Notes: a model not told the origin generated them from the sequence alone. Shown: positions 39,227 through 50,054, numbered from the stretch's first letter. The stretch is 51,352 nucleotides of DNA from Candidatus Sumerlaeaceae bacterium (GCA_051003195.1 JBPCLP010000036.1:1-51352), one strand, 5' to 3'. Numbers and translations: made by a program.

Positions 39227-39289
39227 AATACGGCGCCCGCCTGGCCACAACGTTAGAACTGTATGCAAAAGTCCAAGGCCCAAAGGATC

Positions 39290-39711
<422 letters not shown>

Positions 39712-39733
39712 TCATAAGTTCAGTGTCAGATAT

Positions 39734-40594
39734 TTACTGCCTTACCTGCCCCGCTTTGCGCACTGCCAGGTTCACCTGCGGCATTGGCGATTCAATGGAT
39801 TCGAACAGCTGCGAGTTATCGACCATCCACTTGGATGTGCCCTGCAGCGAGCGTACGACCCCGTCGAGCGTGGACGACCACTGCTCAGGTGTTTTGCTTA
39901 CCGCAGCTTCCTCAGAAATTAAGCTCACCTGCTTCTCGATGCGATCGAGCTCGGTTTCTGTGAACCGCAGGTTCTCCGCCGAGCGTGTAAGATTTTCCAG
40001 GCGTGTTTTCTGGATGTCGAGCGTACCTTTCAAGGCACGCTGAACAGGTGAGCCCTCCACCTCGTTCGCAATCGCGGTTTCCAGGCGCTTGATATCCACC
40101 TCGATGTCGCTGCCTTTTGTTCGATCCAGTGTTTCCAGGATTCTGACGCGCAGGTGCAGCAGCTTAAAGAAGATATTAAGAAGCTGCGCCAGGCCTTCCG
40201 ACTTCAGCCCCGCGATATCCTGCGCAAAGGCAGGTGCGGCCTCAGCGCGAAGAACCGCTTCGCATTGCGCAGCAAGGCGTTCGTATCGCTCGCGAGAATC
40301 TGCGTCCAGTGCCTGGAGCATCGTTGCTTTCTGCTGCTCGGATGACTGTTGCGATTGCAGCAGCCGGCGTCCGCGCACGATATTCTGAAACCGTTCATTG
40401 GATGGCAGCCACACAAGGTAACCGGCTTCATAGGCCAGCCCCAGTAACCAGAACCCGGGATTGCCGAAGCCCAGTATACCGAATCCCGCAAGCGCGAACT
40501 TGTTGAGCGGCATGTTGCCGAGCAGCGGCACATAAGCCTTCCAGTTAAACGCCGCCTTTACGTAATCCCAATACCCGAGATCCCCGGCGGCCAT
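39734..40594 (-). CDS. Membrane-anchored coiled-coil protein
   Basis: Start reassigned to ATG 40594 (TAATG overlap with the ABC ATPase stop); N-terminal hydrophobic hairpin then long helical heptads. Confidence 0.75.
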   Translation of the reverse strand: MAAGDLGYWDYVKAAFNWKAYVPLLGNMPLNKFALAGFGILGFGNPGFWLLGLAYEAGYLVWLPSNERFQNIVRGRRLLQSQQSSEQQKATMLQALDADSRERYERLAAQCEAVLRAEAAPAFAQDIAGLKSEGLAQLLNIFFKLLHLRVRILETLDRTKGSDIEVDIKRLETAIANEVEGSPVQRALKGTLDIQKTRLENLTRSAENLRFTETELDRIEKQVSLISEEAAVSKTPEQWSSTLDGVVRSLQGTSKWMVDNSQLFESIESPMPQVNLAVRKAGQVRQ

Positions 40595-41493
40595 TACTCT
40601 ACTTCCCCGCGCTCGATCTGCTCGAACAATTTGCCGACTTGTGCCACTTTCTCCAGAAACTCCGGCTTCTCCTGCAAGATAAGAGGAGATTCGCCCGGGA
40701 TCGGAAGCGGCACATCGTCGATGTGGCGAACGATGCGTCCAGGTGCCTGCGAGAATATCCACACACGATCGCCCAGGTACACCGCTTCCGTTATCGAGTG
40801 CGTCACAATCATCACCGTAGCATGCACTTCCGTCCACAGGTCCACGATCAGGCGCTGCATGTTGATCCGTGTCGGTTCGTCCAGCGCGGAAAAAGGTTCA
40901 TCCATCAGCACAATGCGCGGCTTTACCGCAAGAGTGCGCGCTATAGCAACACGTTGCTGCTGCCCGCCAGAGAGCTGATGCGGATACTTGGCCGCGTGCT
41001 TCTCCAGTCCGACCCTGGCAACCCATTCACGCGCCTGGTCGCGTATCTGCTCGGAGTTGAGATTCATATCTTCGCGATTGAGCTTCAACCCGAACTCCAC
41101 ATTTTCCTGCACCGTGAGATGCGGGAACGAGCTGTATTTCTGGAACACCATCCCGCGATCGCGGCCCGGCCCGGTTACTTTCTTTCCGCGCACGAGGATC
41201 TCGCCGGTTGTTGGCGGATACACGCCCTGGAAGCCAGCGAGCAGGTTCAACATCGTGGATTTCCCGCAGCCCGATGGCCCGATGATTCCAATGAACTCGC
41301 CGCGACCCGGCACGTCGTCGATGCAGAAGGTAAGTGGGGCAAGCGCATGGTACTCCGCGCGAGTACCCGGGTTCCAAACCTTTGTTACGTCTCTAAACTC
41401 GATGATCGGCATAGAGGTGGTGCAGGCGGGCGCCACCGCTGGCTGTTGTGCAGAATCCTGCGGCGGCAGCTCGCCCGGCGCGTCGGTGCTCAT
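40594..41493 (-). CDS. ABC transporter ATP-binding protein (TauB/SsuB-like)
   Basis: GPSGCGKST, RGMVFQKYS, YPHQLSGGQQQRVAIAR, LMDEPFSALD, VTHSITEAV; ATGA overlap with the permease. Confidence 0.93.
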   Translation of the reverse strand: MSTDAPGELPPQDSAQQPAVAPACTTSMPIIEFRDVTKVWNPGTRAEYHALAPLTFCIDDVPGRGEFIGIIGPSGCGKSTMLNLLAGFQGVYPPTTGEILVRGKKVTGPGRDRGMVFQKYSSFPHLTVQENVEFGLKLNREDMNLNSEQIRDQAREWVARVGLEKHAAKYPHQLSGGQQQRVAIARTLAVKPRIVLMDEPFSALDEPTRINMQRLIVDLWTEVHATVMIVTHSITEAVYLGDRVWIFSQAPGRIVRHIDDVPLPIPGESPLILQEKPEFLEKVAQVGKLFEQIERGEVE

Positions 41494-42320
41494 TCCGCCT
41501 CGCGGTAGGGGAACAGCATGTTGCCGACCTTCATCCAAAGTTTATCAGTCGCGTATGCCAGCAGCACGATGACCAGGAGCACGAGATAGATATATTCGCG
41601 CGGACCGCGCCTTTGCGCGATAATAATGATCTGGCCAAGCCCGCGGTCGGCCGCTACCATCTCGGCCAGCACAATATAGGTCCAGCCGATCCCAAAGCAC
41701 AGGCGCATGGCATCGTACATGCGCGGCAATGCAATAGCCACCAGCACATGCCGGACGATTTCAAGCCTGCTCGCCCCGAGAGTTTCCGCAGTTCGCAGGT
41801 AGACGTCGTCCACGTCTCGCAATGCCCTGGCGAACAGCGGCAGCAGAAATACAAGGAATGCGATCGCCAGGAACATCACTTTCTGTAACTCGCCTATCCC
41901 AAACAGGCTCATGGTCAGCGGAACCAATGTTGGGATGGGCAGGTACGCACCAAACACAACAAGCGGCTCGAACAGCGCGTTCACCTTGGAAAAGGAGCCC
42001 ATCAGGATTCCGAGCGGCAGCGCAATCACGACAGCCACCACAAAGCCGCCGACTACCCGCATCGTGCTTGCGACCACGCTGCGGCTCAGTTCCGATTCAA
42101 ACCACAAACCACGGAACGAATTTATTACCTCGAACGGTGACGGCAGAATCAGCGGTGAAATAACCCGCTCCTCCACTTCACCCGCCGTCAGTCCGATCCA
42201 TAAACCCAGCAGCACCGCAATCGGTATCAGCCCCAAAACCACACGCGTTAAAAACGACAGTGGCTCCCGGATTCGAAACCAATTGCCTGTCGCTCCAATG
42301 CTCCCACTCCGAGCTGTCAT
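41490..42320 (-). CDS. ABC transporter permease (TauC/SsuC-like)
   Basis: LPSPFEV, LFGIGELQK, EAA-like loop TAETLGASR, GWTYIVLAEMV...GLG. Confidence 0.92.
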   Translation of the reverse strand: MTARSGSIGATGNWFRIREPLSFLTRVVLGLIPIAVLLGLWIGLTAGEVEERVISPLILPSPFEVINSFRGLWFESELSRSVVASTMRVVGGFVVAVVIALPLGILMGSFSKVNALFEPLVVFGAYLPIPTLVPLTMSLFGIGELQKVMFLAIAFLVFLLPLFARALRDVDDVYLRTAETLGASRLEIVRHVLVAIALPRMYDAMRLCFGIGWTYIVLAEMVAADRGLGQIIIIAQRRGPREYIYLVLLVIVLLAYATDKLWMKVGNMLFPYREAE

Positions 42321-42327
42321 ACTTTCG

Positions 42328-44088
42328 TTACTTCTGCTCCGGCGCGTATACCGATATCTCAACCCGGCGGTTCAGCATATGGTTCTGTGCGTCTGCGGTG
42401 TCAGCGGGCTGGTCCCAAGCCTTGCCATTGACGACGAACTTGTTTGGGTCAAAGTTGTACTTCTTGGTAAGTGCGTCTTTAACGGCATTCGCTCGGTCCT
42501 GCGAAAGCTTTTGCACGGATTCGAACGGCACTTTGCCTTTCATCGAGCCGTCGGTATGCCCGACCACGGCGATCACCGCACGTTCGAACTGACCGACCAG
42601 CCGCGCTACCTTTTCGATCGTAGCGTTAGCGTTCGGGTCGTATAAAGTGTTCGCTACGATTGCACCCGATTCATCGTGTTGCGGTTCGTAGATATTCGCC
42701 GAGTTCGGGTAGAAGTTAATCCGGATCGTCTGGGTCAGGATCGGCTTTTCAGCGGATACCTTCTGGTACGACGTCGGCGAGAAGCTCGCCCCCGCCGCCG
42801 CCTTCATGTCCGCATACTGCCCCTTCTCATCCAGCTTTTTGATGATCGAAAAATCCATCACCTCGTCGAACCGCGCCGGCGTTCCAATCAGTCCCAGCTC
42901 ACGATAGACGAAATTAATGTTCTTCCATGTGCGCTCGAAGTTCGAAGGTGAATTCGCGTTCAGGAAAAAGTCCTTGTTCTCGCCGAAGTTGGTTGCATGC
43001 GCGTCGGTCACCATTGCCTTGGTCTGGTCGATATTCATGCCGTAGCCCTCGGCGAGCCATTGCAGGGCCCGCGACTTCGTCGTTTCGTCCTGCAGCGAGC
43101 GCATGCCATCAAATATTCCGGCAACAAGCCCCTCAACGATTTCCGGGTGATCCCGTGCAAAATCCGCACGCACTGCCCACACGTCCGCGATCAGTTTGTT
43201 CGCGTCAGCGGTCGTAGTCAGAATGCGTGTGCCTTTTACCTTCTCCGGGATTGTGTAAATATCCGGAGCCCAGGATACGCATCCGTGCAGCGATGGATCG
43301 GCAACAAATGCCGCCGCCGCTTCAAACGCGGTCGCCGTAAATTTGTGCTTCACCTCGGCCGGTTGGATCCCGGAGTTAAGTAACAGGTTATTAATGAAGT
43401 ACTGCGACGGGCTGTTCTGCGCGTAGACAATAGTCTTGCCGCGTAAGTCCTTTACCGACGCGATATTGCTGCGAACCACAATGCCGTCACCGCCGCTCGA
43501 CCAGTCCACCTGTTGAAACACGCGCGGTGCCGTGCGCGAGTCCTTCATCAGGTCAGGCGCAAACAGCGCGATCATATCCAGCGTGCCCCACAGTATTGGC
43601 GATTGCCCGGAGACATACGTGTCTCGCGCGACGACCGGGTCATCGATCAGCTTGAGGTTAACCTTGAACCCATATTTCTTTGCGAAGATGCTCTCATCGT
43701 TTGGCGCGAAGCCATGGTTAGCCGCCACGATCGGCAACCAGCCGATCCAGATGTTGATCGGGAACTGCACGACTTTCGCATTCGCATCCCACACATAGTT
43801 ACTCGTGCCTTTGACGGGTGGCAGCTTTTCCTGTGGCACGTACTTGTATTCTTTTACTGTGGTCAGGCTGCCCGAGGCGTCCTTGGCCTCCACCGCATCT
43901 TTTGGCTGCGCGGTCTGTGCGCCCTGGCCGGGCATTTTCCCCATGTCCACCGTGCGCATACTCGGACCCTGCTGACTTGAGGGAAACAGTGTTTTCCGGA
44001 ACAGGTATCCTGCTGCTAAAACGCAGGCGATGATGAAAACAAACCCAACCGCCTTGCCAAGTTTCGTCGGTCCTACTGGATCAGCCAT
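42328..44088 (-). CDS. NMT1/SsuA-like substrate-binding protein fused to an OmpA C-terminal domain, N-terminally membrane anchored
   Basis: TM segment at about residues 14-30; WIGWLP, DWSSGGDGIV, DLRGKTI, SWAP, IADV; OmpA motif VVGHTD..SQDRANAV..GKAWDQP..NRRVEI. Confidence 0.88.
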   Translation of the reverse strand: MADPVGPTKLGKAVGFVFIIACVLAAGYLFRKTLFPSSQQGPSMRTVDMGKMPGQGAQTAQPKDAVEAKDASGSLTTVKEYKYVPQEKLPPVKGTSNYVWDANAKVVQFPINIWIGWLPIVAANHGFAPNDESIFAKKYGFKVNLKLIDDPVVARDTYVSGQSPILWGTLDMIALFAPDLMKDSRTAPRVFQQVDWSSGGDGIVVRSNIASVKDLRGKTIVYAQNSPSQYFINNLLLNSGIQPAEVKHKFTATAFEAAAAFVADPSLHGCVSWAPDIYTIPEKVKGTRILTTTADANKLIADVWAVRADFARDHPEIVEGLVAGIFDGMRSLQDETTKSRALQWLAEGYGMNIDQTKAMVTDAHATNFGENKDFFLNANSPSNFERTWKNINFVYRELGLIGTPARFDEVMDFSIIKKLDEKGQYADMKAAAGASFSPTSYQKVSAEKPILTQTIRINFYPNSANIYEPQHDESGAIVANTLYDPNANATIEKVARLVGQFERAVIAVVGHTDGSMKGKVPFESVQKLSQDRANAVKDALTKKYNFDPNKFVVNGKAWDQPADTADAQNHMLNRRVEISVYAPEQK

Positions 44089-44218
44089 TCTTTGTCTCCC
44101 ATAGTTGTTCAGAACTTTACAGCCCGGCGCGATGTTTTGCGACCGTGATTGACGGTGCGCCCGCAGCCCATATCAAACGAAAACGAGAGCACAGGCAGAA
44201 CAATCGAGAGCTGCCGCC

Positions 44219-47215
44219 TCAGTCTTCGCAGCGAATATCATCAATGTTGATGTGCCCCCACCCCCCGGCTTCGTGGTCCGTCACTTTGATCATCAGCGGC
44301 TGGCGGGAAAAGCCACCTGTATCCCAGACAACCTCCTCCAGCCGTTCGCGCTTTTGCCCGCGTGCGATCTGCAGCGGAACTTTTGTCGTCGCGTGCAGCA
44401 AGGCCACCGAAACCCCGTCGCTATCGCTGCCGCTCACCTTCAGTTTGATCTTGGATTTATCGGTCGTAAATACCGGAGACAGTAACGTGCCAATACACGC
44501 ATCGTCCCAGCCGCCCTGCGCGTCTTCGGCTGTCCCGATGAACCAGTCGCCGCTTTTATTAAAATCAGTCCGTACACTGCGTGAGGGTAGATCGCCAAAA
44601 TTCCCAGAGATCTTCCAGCCGGGCAAGTCTCCTTCTTCAAAATCCCAGGATGGATTATGCAGAAGTGCAGCCGCCGTTGCGGGAACCACAGCCGGTGCTG
44701 GATGAATCGATTTGCCGGTAATAAATGGCTCTCCGTTCACGGTCGTCGGTTGACCCGACCCGATACCCTTAACCTCCACCTGGAATGGCTCCTTATAGGG
44801 GCCTGGCAGTGCCGCCACTGCATTTCTGATTTGAACGTCTTCGCCGTTGCGATCGGCTGTCACTGCGTCCACACCGACCGCCCAGCCTCGACCGTGCACG
44901 TAAGCGCCACCGTATTTCTGCACAATGTATGCGGCCGATGTAAGCGCACTTCCCTCGCCCCAGTCGAATCCCGTTCTTCCGGCAGGTTCATCCCGTCCGC
45001 CGTGACCAAAGTTCTCCGGTTGTAATCCAAGCGGATAATTCGGTTCAGCGTAAACACCATTTGCGATGTGCGTCGGGTGATTGATGAGCGTGAACGAGCC
45101 GCGCAAAGCCGCGACTCCCCGCTCAAAGTAATCGCGCCGGCCAAGCGACGCGCCAAAATCGCACAACGTGCAGGCAAACTGCGCCTGGCGCGCATCATTG
45201 TACTCTCCATCGGAGTTTTGCGCGCCGAAGCCGCCGAAGCTATTTGCGGTCGTGCGATACGGGAGCGACCAGATATTCTGGTACATGATCATGGTATCGA
45301 GCGCCTGTGTAGCGGACCGCAAATAACGCGCGTCGCTCGTCAGTTCCCACAGCCGCTTGAGAGCCTCGGCGCTCCACTGCATGCACAACGCGTTCTGCGG
45401 AAGCTGCATGGTGTGCCAGTCTCGCATCGAGTCATCGTTGCGTCCGCCGTCCACGCATTCCTTGGGCGAGCAGCTGAAGAATGTCTCGAAATCGTAATAT
45501 CGGAACTGCGGAACGACCTGTGTCATCAGGTAATCCCCGGCGCGCCGTGCACTCTTTAGGTATCGCGTGTCCGACGTCACATCCGCCAGTTCGGCAAGGA
45601 ACCACGCCGGCAGCGCAGTCTGCGCGCTCTCCTGCAGCACGGGTACCGTCGTCATATCTTCCCGGAACCAGCTGGGAATCGCACCACTTGCCTCCTGGTG
45701 TCGTAGAAAGAAATCACCGAGGTCACGGCAGTACTGTAGCGTATATTCAGCGCCATAGCCGTTTGATGTCGCGCTTGTTCGAGCGTCCTTATCCAGCCGC
45801 TGGATATCCTGGTGCCAGCGCAATAACCAGTAGCCCTTCCACGCCATATCCGCACTGCAATAATAGCCCCCCTCGCGCGAAACAAGACAGCCCTGCCACT
45901 TCTGGGTCATGTGGTTGTACACCGTGGGAAACGCGCCCTCTTTGCGTGGAGCGCTGAGCGCCATGTTGAGCATCAACTGCGCTTTGTGCATCCAGTCGCG
46001 ATTGCCAAGCTGCTTCCCCCACACGTACATCCCGTACGCGCTGCGCAAATTGTTGAACCACGCCTGCCAGGACGTATTGCCCTCCTGGTATCCCCAGCCG
46101 GCGTAGATGCCCCCACGGCGCAATAAACCAATGTCAGGTCCATCGTTTGGCTGGAAGCGCTGCTCCTCTTCCTCCCACCAGCCTAGCTGCTTCCCCTTAT
46201 GCTTTTCGGCAAATGCCGCCGGGTAACAAACTTTCGCGTATTCGGCAAACGGCATCGTTTGCGGCAGCACCTTCTGCAGGTTGGCGTTGCCGTAGCGTTC
46301 CCACTGCCACTGCGCAGTTGCATCGAAAGCCGTTTGCGCCAGCACATTATTGTCCACAGCGGGTGAAGTTCCCTTCGCCAGTTGCCAGGCTGGTGCATCC
46401 GCTCGCAATACCAGGTCGTAGGCGAATCGCATCGTACCTGGAACCCGCATGATTTCGCCGGGACGATGAGAAAACGTCACGTGGCCAGACTCACGATGGC
46501 GGCAAAAGCCGTAGGATAAAAGAGGAGCATCTACGACACCGTTGAGCCCATCAAGATCGATGATCATTTGCGCGGGATGCTCCCGCGCAAGCACGTCAAG
46601 GTCGGGCAAAAGCGCCGCGAAAATCTGGCCGTGCTGCACCATCACTGCCGGCGCGCGGAAAAAGTGCTCGCCAATTACGTGGTCCGCTCCCTTGCGCAAC
46701 GCCGGGGCAAACATCATATCGGGCAGCCGGTACTTCGATAACGCCGCACCGTCTGGAAGAAAAGCATGCGCCGCGAGCACGTACTCCAGACGCGGCTCCG
46801 TTGTCGTCGCGGTCAGCACCACGTCCACATGCGCCATCTGGTTACTCAGCGTGATATTTCTCTGGATATCCCATTCCGAGTCCGAACCCGACAACACAAT
46901 CGTCCCCTCCGCGTTCTGGACCGCGCGGGAAATCGGGAACACAGGTGGACTCGCATAGAGACTGGGGCGGCCCAGCTCAATTGCGCCGGAACGACCAACT
47001 GCACTGGCGGCCGACGTGCCGGCCCGTGCCGGCCCCAGCACCTGGTGCCATTGCCCGTCGGGGGCAAGGCCCCAATAGGAATCCAGCAGTGTCCCGCCAG
47101 AGTCCGTGATACCGACTCCCACCTTATCTCTGGAATAAAACTGTGCGGGCGGTGCGCCCCACGCGAGCGTCGATCTCACCAGCAGCAATGAACTTATTAC
47201 CAAACGGACGAACAT
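44219..47215 (-). CDS. Large secreted protein with a putative alpha/alpha-toroid glycosidase-like core and C-terminal beta-sandwich domain
   Basis: Signal peptide from ATG 47215; helical repeats (DFFLRHQEASGAIPSW, YLKSARRAGDYL); C-terminal WDFEEG...GTLLSPVF...GWGHINIDDI. Confidence 0.6.
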   Translation of the reverse strand: MFVRLVISSLLLVRSTLAWGAPPAQFYSRDKVGVGITDSGGTLLDSYWGLAPDGQWHQVLGPARAGTSAASAVGRSGAIELGRPSLYASPPVFPISRAVQNAEGTIVLSGSDSEWDIQRNITLSNQMAHVDVVLTATTTEPRLEYVLAAHAFLPDGAALSKYRLPDMMFAPALRKGADHVIGEHFFRAPAVMVQHGQIFAALLPDLDVLAREHPAQMIIDLDGLNGVVDAPLLSYGFCRHRESGHVTFSHRPGEIMRVPGTMRFAYDLVLRADAPAWQLAKGTSPAVDNNVLAQTAFDATAQWQWERYGNANLQKVLPQTMPFAEYAKVCYPAAFAEKHKGKQLGWWEEEEQRFQPNDGPDIGLLRRGGIYAGWGYQEGNTSWQAWFNNLRSAYGMYVWGKQLGNRDWMHKAQLMLNMALSAPRKEGAFPTVYNHMTQKWQGCLVSREGGYYCSADMAWKGYWLLRWHQDIQRLDKDARTSATSNGYGAEYTLQYCRDLGDFFLRHQEASGAIPSWFREDMTTVPVLQESAQTALPAWFLAELADVTSDTRYLKSARRAGDYLMTQVVPQFRYYDFETFFSCSPKECVDGGRNDDSMRDWHTMQLPQNALCMQWSAEALKRLWELTSDARYLRSATQALDTMIMYQNIWSLPYRTTANSFGGFGAQNSDGEYNDARQAQFACTLCDFGASLGRRDYFERGVAALRGSFTLINHPTHIANGVYAEPNYPLGLQPENFGHGGRDEPAGRTGFDWGEGSALTSAAYIVQKYGGAYVHGRGWAVGVDAVTADRNGEDVQIRNAVAALPGPYKEPFQVEVKGIGSGQPTTVNGEPFITGKSIHPAPAVVPATAAALLHNPSWDFEEGDLPGWKISGNFGDLPSRSVRTDFNKSGDWFIGTAEDAQGGWDDACIGTLLSPVFTTDKSKIKLKVSGSDSDGVSVALLHATTKVPLQIARGQKRERLEEVVWDTGGFSRQPLMIKVTDHEAGGWGHINIDDIRCED

Positions 47216-47302
47216 CGGGAGCCTCCTCGCGCAATCGCGTGCGGATATTTTCAACCGTGCGACAATTCGGCGGCACGCTTGGAGTATTGAAACCTTCGTG
47301 CA

Positions 47303-47659
47303 ATGAAAACCGCTAACCCGCGAGGTCTCACGAACGAACGCAATGGCAGCCGTTTCACCACGCGCCCGCTCTCTGAGGAGGTTCATCGAAGGCTTGCTGC
47401 TCGAAACGAGCGCGTCATCGGGATTCTTGGGCGCGTCGCCGAACCTGAGTATCACGCCTACAGCAACTTCCAGGTGCGAGTGTTGAAATCAAAAACCCTG
47501 GATCCTGTGCCGTCCGGACTGCCTGACATCTTCGTGGTCTCTTCACGTGCCGCTGCCAATCGGGATAATGTATTGCGCCAGGCTGGCTATCGTGGGCCGT
47601 TTAAAATTAAAGTGTCCAAAGATGACGTACTTATTTATGAGCGCCCCCCGCACCATTGA
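47303..47659 (+). CDS. Hypothetical protein, possibly a gene fragment
   Basis: Stop overlaps the next TTG start (TTGA); no recognisable motif. Confidence 0.35.
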   Translation: MKTANPRGLTNERNGSRFTTRPLSEEVHRRLAARNERVIGILGRVAEPEYHAYSNFQVRVLKSKTLDPVPSGLPDIFVVSSRAAANRDNVLRQAGYRGPFKIKVSKDDVLIYERPPHH

Positions 47660-49188
47660 CGGCTGAATCCACAGACGCGAGGGATGCGCTCATCCAGCGC
47701 ATGACGGAATTGCCTGCAGCGCGGGCAATATCCTTTACCTTTGCCATCACCGGTATTGCAGGCGCGCTGCTCATCCTTCTCCACTTTCTGCATCGAAATG
47801 GATTCTGGATCGACGAGCTTTATACCCTGCACGCGATCCGCTTACCATGGGCTGACATGGTGCTTGAGCGGCTGAAGCGAGGGCATTTCCCAGGGTATTT
47901 CCTTTTGCTGAAGCTGGTCTATCAGCCGCTCCTCGCATTCAATACTGAAACAGTACTTCGCTCTTTTTCAATTGTCTGCTGGCTGGCTGCTGTCGCTTCG
48001 TATGTTCCGCTGGCACGGCGATTTGTGGCTCCTGGAGCAGTCGCTGTTTCCATTTTGCTGCTGGGCTTGAATGGTGTGATCATACGTCAGGCCGGCGAAG
48101 CCCGCATGTACACACTCGTTCTGCTGCTGGCCGTCTGGATGACGCGCTCCTACCTTGAAATGCTGCACGCACAAAACACTCGCAAGTGGGGACTTTTGCT
48201 TGCCGTGTTCACCGCGCTGGGCTTTGCTGTTTCGGCCACGGTATCCATGCTTTCGATGGGTCTTCTCTACGACGCGCTGCGACGCCGCCGACAACAACCA
48301 TTTTTGGTCAAGCCCGTGGTGCTGGCGTTGTTTGTCGGCGCAATCGTTTTCATTCCTGGCGCCGTGCTGCACCTGAAAACCTCCGATCGTCTCGGCATCG
48401 CAGGAGTCCGGCCCATCGAATTATTGGAGCACCTGGTAAGCACTTTTGCGGGTGTGCAGGTACGAGACGATTATTTCCATCCAACCCGCCTCCTGCACGC
48501 CCTGCAAATTATTGGCGCCTTGGTTACAGCGGCACTGCTCGCGCGGTTGTGGTGCGTACGACGTTTACTTCCCGACCAATGCAAGGCCGGCATGCGGATT
48601 GTCTTTGTGCCATTCGTTCTCATGATCGTTACCGAAGTTACATCCAAATTTCTGAACTTCAGCTTGCTCGGGCCGCCGCGCTATCTCGTTAGCATTTTCC
48701 CGGCGGCTGCCGTACTGGTCGGCTTCCTGGTCAGCCCATTAATGCACCGTCGATTGACTGCCATACTGCTTCACGCAGCTTTGTCCGCCTTTCTTCTCGT
48801 AAATGCGTACGCCGTTCAAATCGTGGAAACGGAGGCATTCCGCGAGCGCGTGCGAATCATGCACGCGGAGTGGTTTCGGCCGGGCGACGCCGTTGTCGCC
48901 GTTCCCGCGGAAATCGCCGACGGTGTCGAGCTCTACGCACCTGGCGTCAAAGTAGACGCCGCAATCGACCGGTGGGAATTGGATCCGCAGGTCCTTGCTA
49001 GGCAACTGGCGCCATTGCGCAGCAGGCCGCGTGTCTTGCTGGTTTATTACCGGGGAAGAAACACGCCCGTATTGCATGTGGCGGAAGCGCTGTTCGGGCC
49101 CGCTACCAGTGACCGCCCCGACAAACCAATGGGCACTTTGCGGGTCTTCCGCTTCCGGCCCGAACTCGCCGGTATTGAGGATCAGTAG
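47656..49188 (+). CDS. Membrane glycosyltransferase (GT-C; GT39-like)
   Basis: FWIDELYT, HFPGYF, ETVLRSFS, EARMY, PRYL; many TM helices plus a C-terminal soluble domain. Confidence 0.78.
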   Translation: MTAESTDARDALIQRMTELPAARAISFTFAITGIAGALLILLHFLHRNGFWIDELYTLHAIRLPWADMVLERLKRGHFPGYFLLLKLVYQPLLAFNTETVLRSFSIVCWLAAVASYVPLARRFVAPGAVAVSILLLGLNGVIIRQAGEARMYTLVLLLAVWMTRSYLEMLHAQNTRKWGLLLAVFTALGFAVSATVSMLSMGLLYDALRRRRQQPFLVKPVVLALFVGAIVFIPGAVLHLKTSDRLGIAGVRPIELLEHLVSTFAGVQVRDDYFHPTRLLHALQIIGALVTAALLARLWCVRRLLPDQCKAGMRIVFVPFVLMIVTEVTSKFLNFSLLGPPRYLVSIFPAAAVLVGFLVSPLMHRRLTAILLHAALSAFLLVNAYAVQIVETEAFRERVRIMHAEWFRPGDAVVAVPAEIADGVELYAPGVKVDAAIDRWELDPQVLARQLAPLRSRPRVLLVYYRGRNTPVLHVAEALFGPATSDRPDKPMGTLRVFRFRPELAGIEDQ

Positions 49189-49295
49189 GTCTAACATGCG
49201 GCAACCCGTTGTTTGTTTGAGTGCTTGCAGTGCGGTGGTTCTTCTGGCGCTACGACACTGCAAAATTACACCTGTGGACAGGAGAAGGTAGAAAA

Positions 49296-50054
49296 GTGTC
49301 CAGTCTTCCAGTCGAGGAACAAGAGTTCACTATCCGCCAAATGATTGGAAACTTTCCCGCGCAACTGCGGCGAAACGTCCTCTCGCTTTTAATTGTGTAC
49401 GGCAGTGCCATAGCCATCCTCGCCCTCGTATATGTTCTCGGAAATCGGCCGACGAGCAAATTCAGTGTGGGAGATCTGCTTCGCGATCCGGCGCAAGTAG
49501 CCGGGCTTCCTTTTTATATCGGGTGCATCTCCAATCTTGGCGTTCTGTGCTGGGCCGCCGGTGCCGGTATTTGCCTGCTTACAGCAGCGGTGCTCAAGCG
49601 TGTAAATCCGGCTGATGTGGCTGCCCGGCGATTCTTCCTCCTCGCTGGGTTGCTCACAGCACTGCTGGTGTGTGACGACCTGTTCATGATCCATGAGGAA
49701 GCAGGACCAAAATACCTTTTCTCGAAAAAAAGTTTTCTGCATGTTAAAGAGGGTGTCTTCTTCATCGCCTACTTCGTATTCGCCCTCACGTTCCTCTGGC
49801 GCTGTCGCTCCACAATCCAGCAACGGACAGACTCTGCACTCTTCTTCCTGTCGCTCCTCTGCCTCGCACTTTCGATTGCCGCTGACAAAGCAGGCCTCAA
49901 GCACATCGTCAGCAGCAGGGAAGCCCGCTTTTTCATAGAGGACGGATTCAAATTCCTCGGCATTGCAGGCTGGACACTGTACTTCAGCCGTTCTGCCATC
50001 CAGGTAATTCAGCAGGCATTCAGGATGACAGCCTCTTCTCAAGTTCCGGCTTGA
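49296..50054 (+). CDS. Multi-pass membrane protein of unknown function
   Basis: GGAGAAGG RBS before GTG 49296; about 7 TM helices; conserved-looking RDP, SNLG, DDLFMIHE, EDGFKFLGI. Confidence 0.7.
   Translation: MSSLPVEEQEFTIRQMIGNFPAQLRRNVLSLLIVYGSAIAILALVYVLGNRPTSKFSVGDLLRDPAQVAGLPFYIGCISNLGVLCWAAGAGICLLTAAVLKRVNPADVAARRFFLLAGLLTALLVCDDLFMIHEEAGPKYLFSKKSFLHVKEGVFFIAYFVFALTFLWRCRSTIQQRTDSALFFLSLLCLALSIAADKAGLKHIVSSREARFFIEDGFKFLGIAGWTLYFSRSAIQVIQQAFRMTASSQVPA

Noticed and set aside
40595..40837. N-terminal 80 aa of the 367-aa ORF
   Set aside because: It overlaps the ABC ATPase on the same strand; the coupled ATG at 40594 is far more plausible
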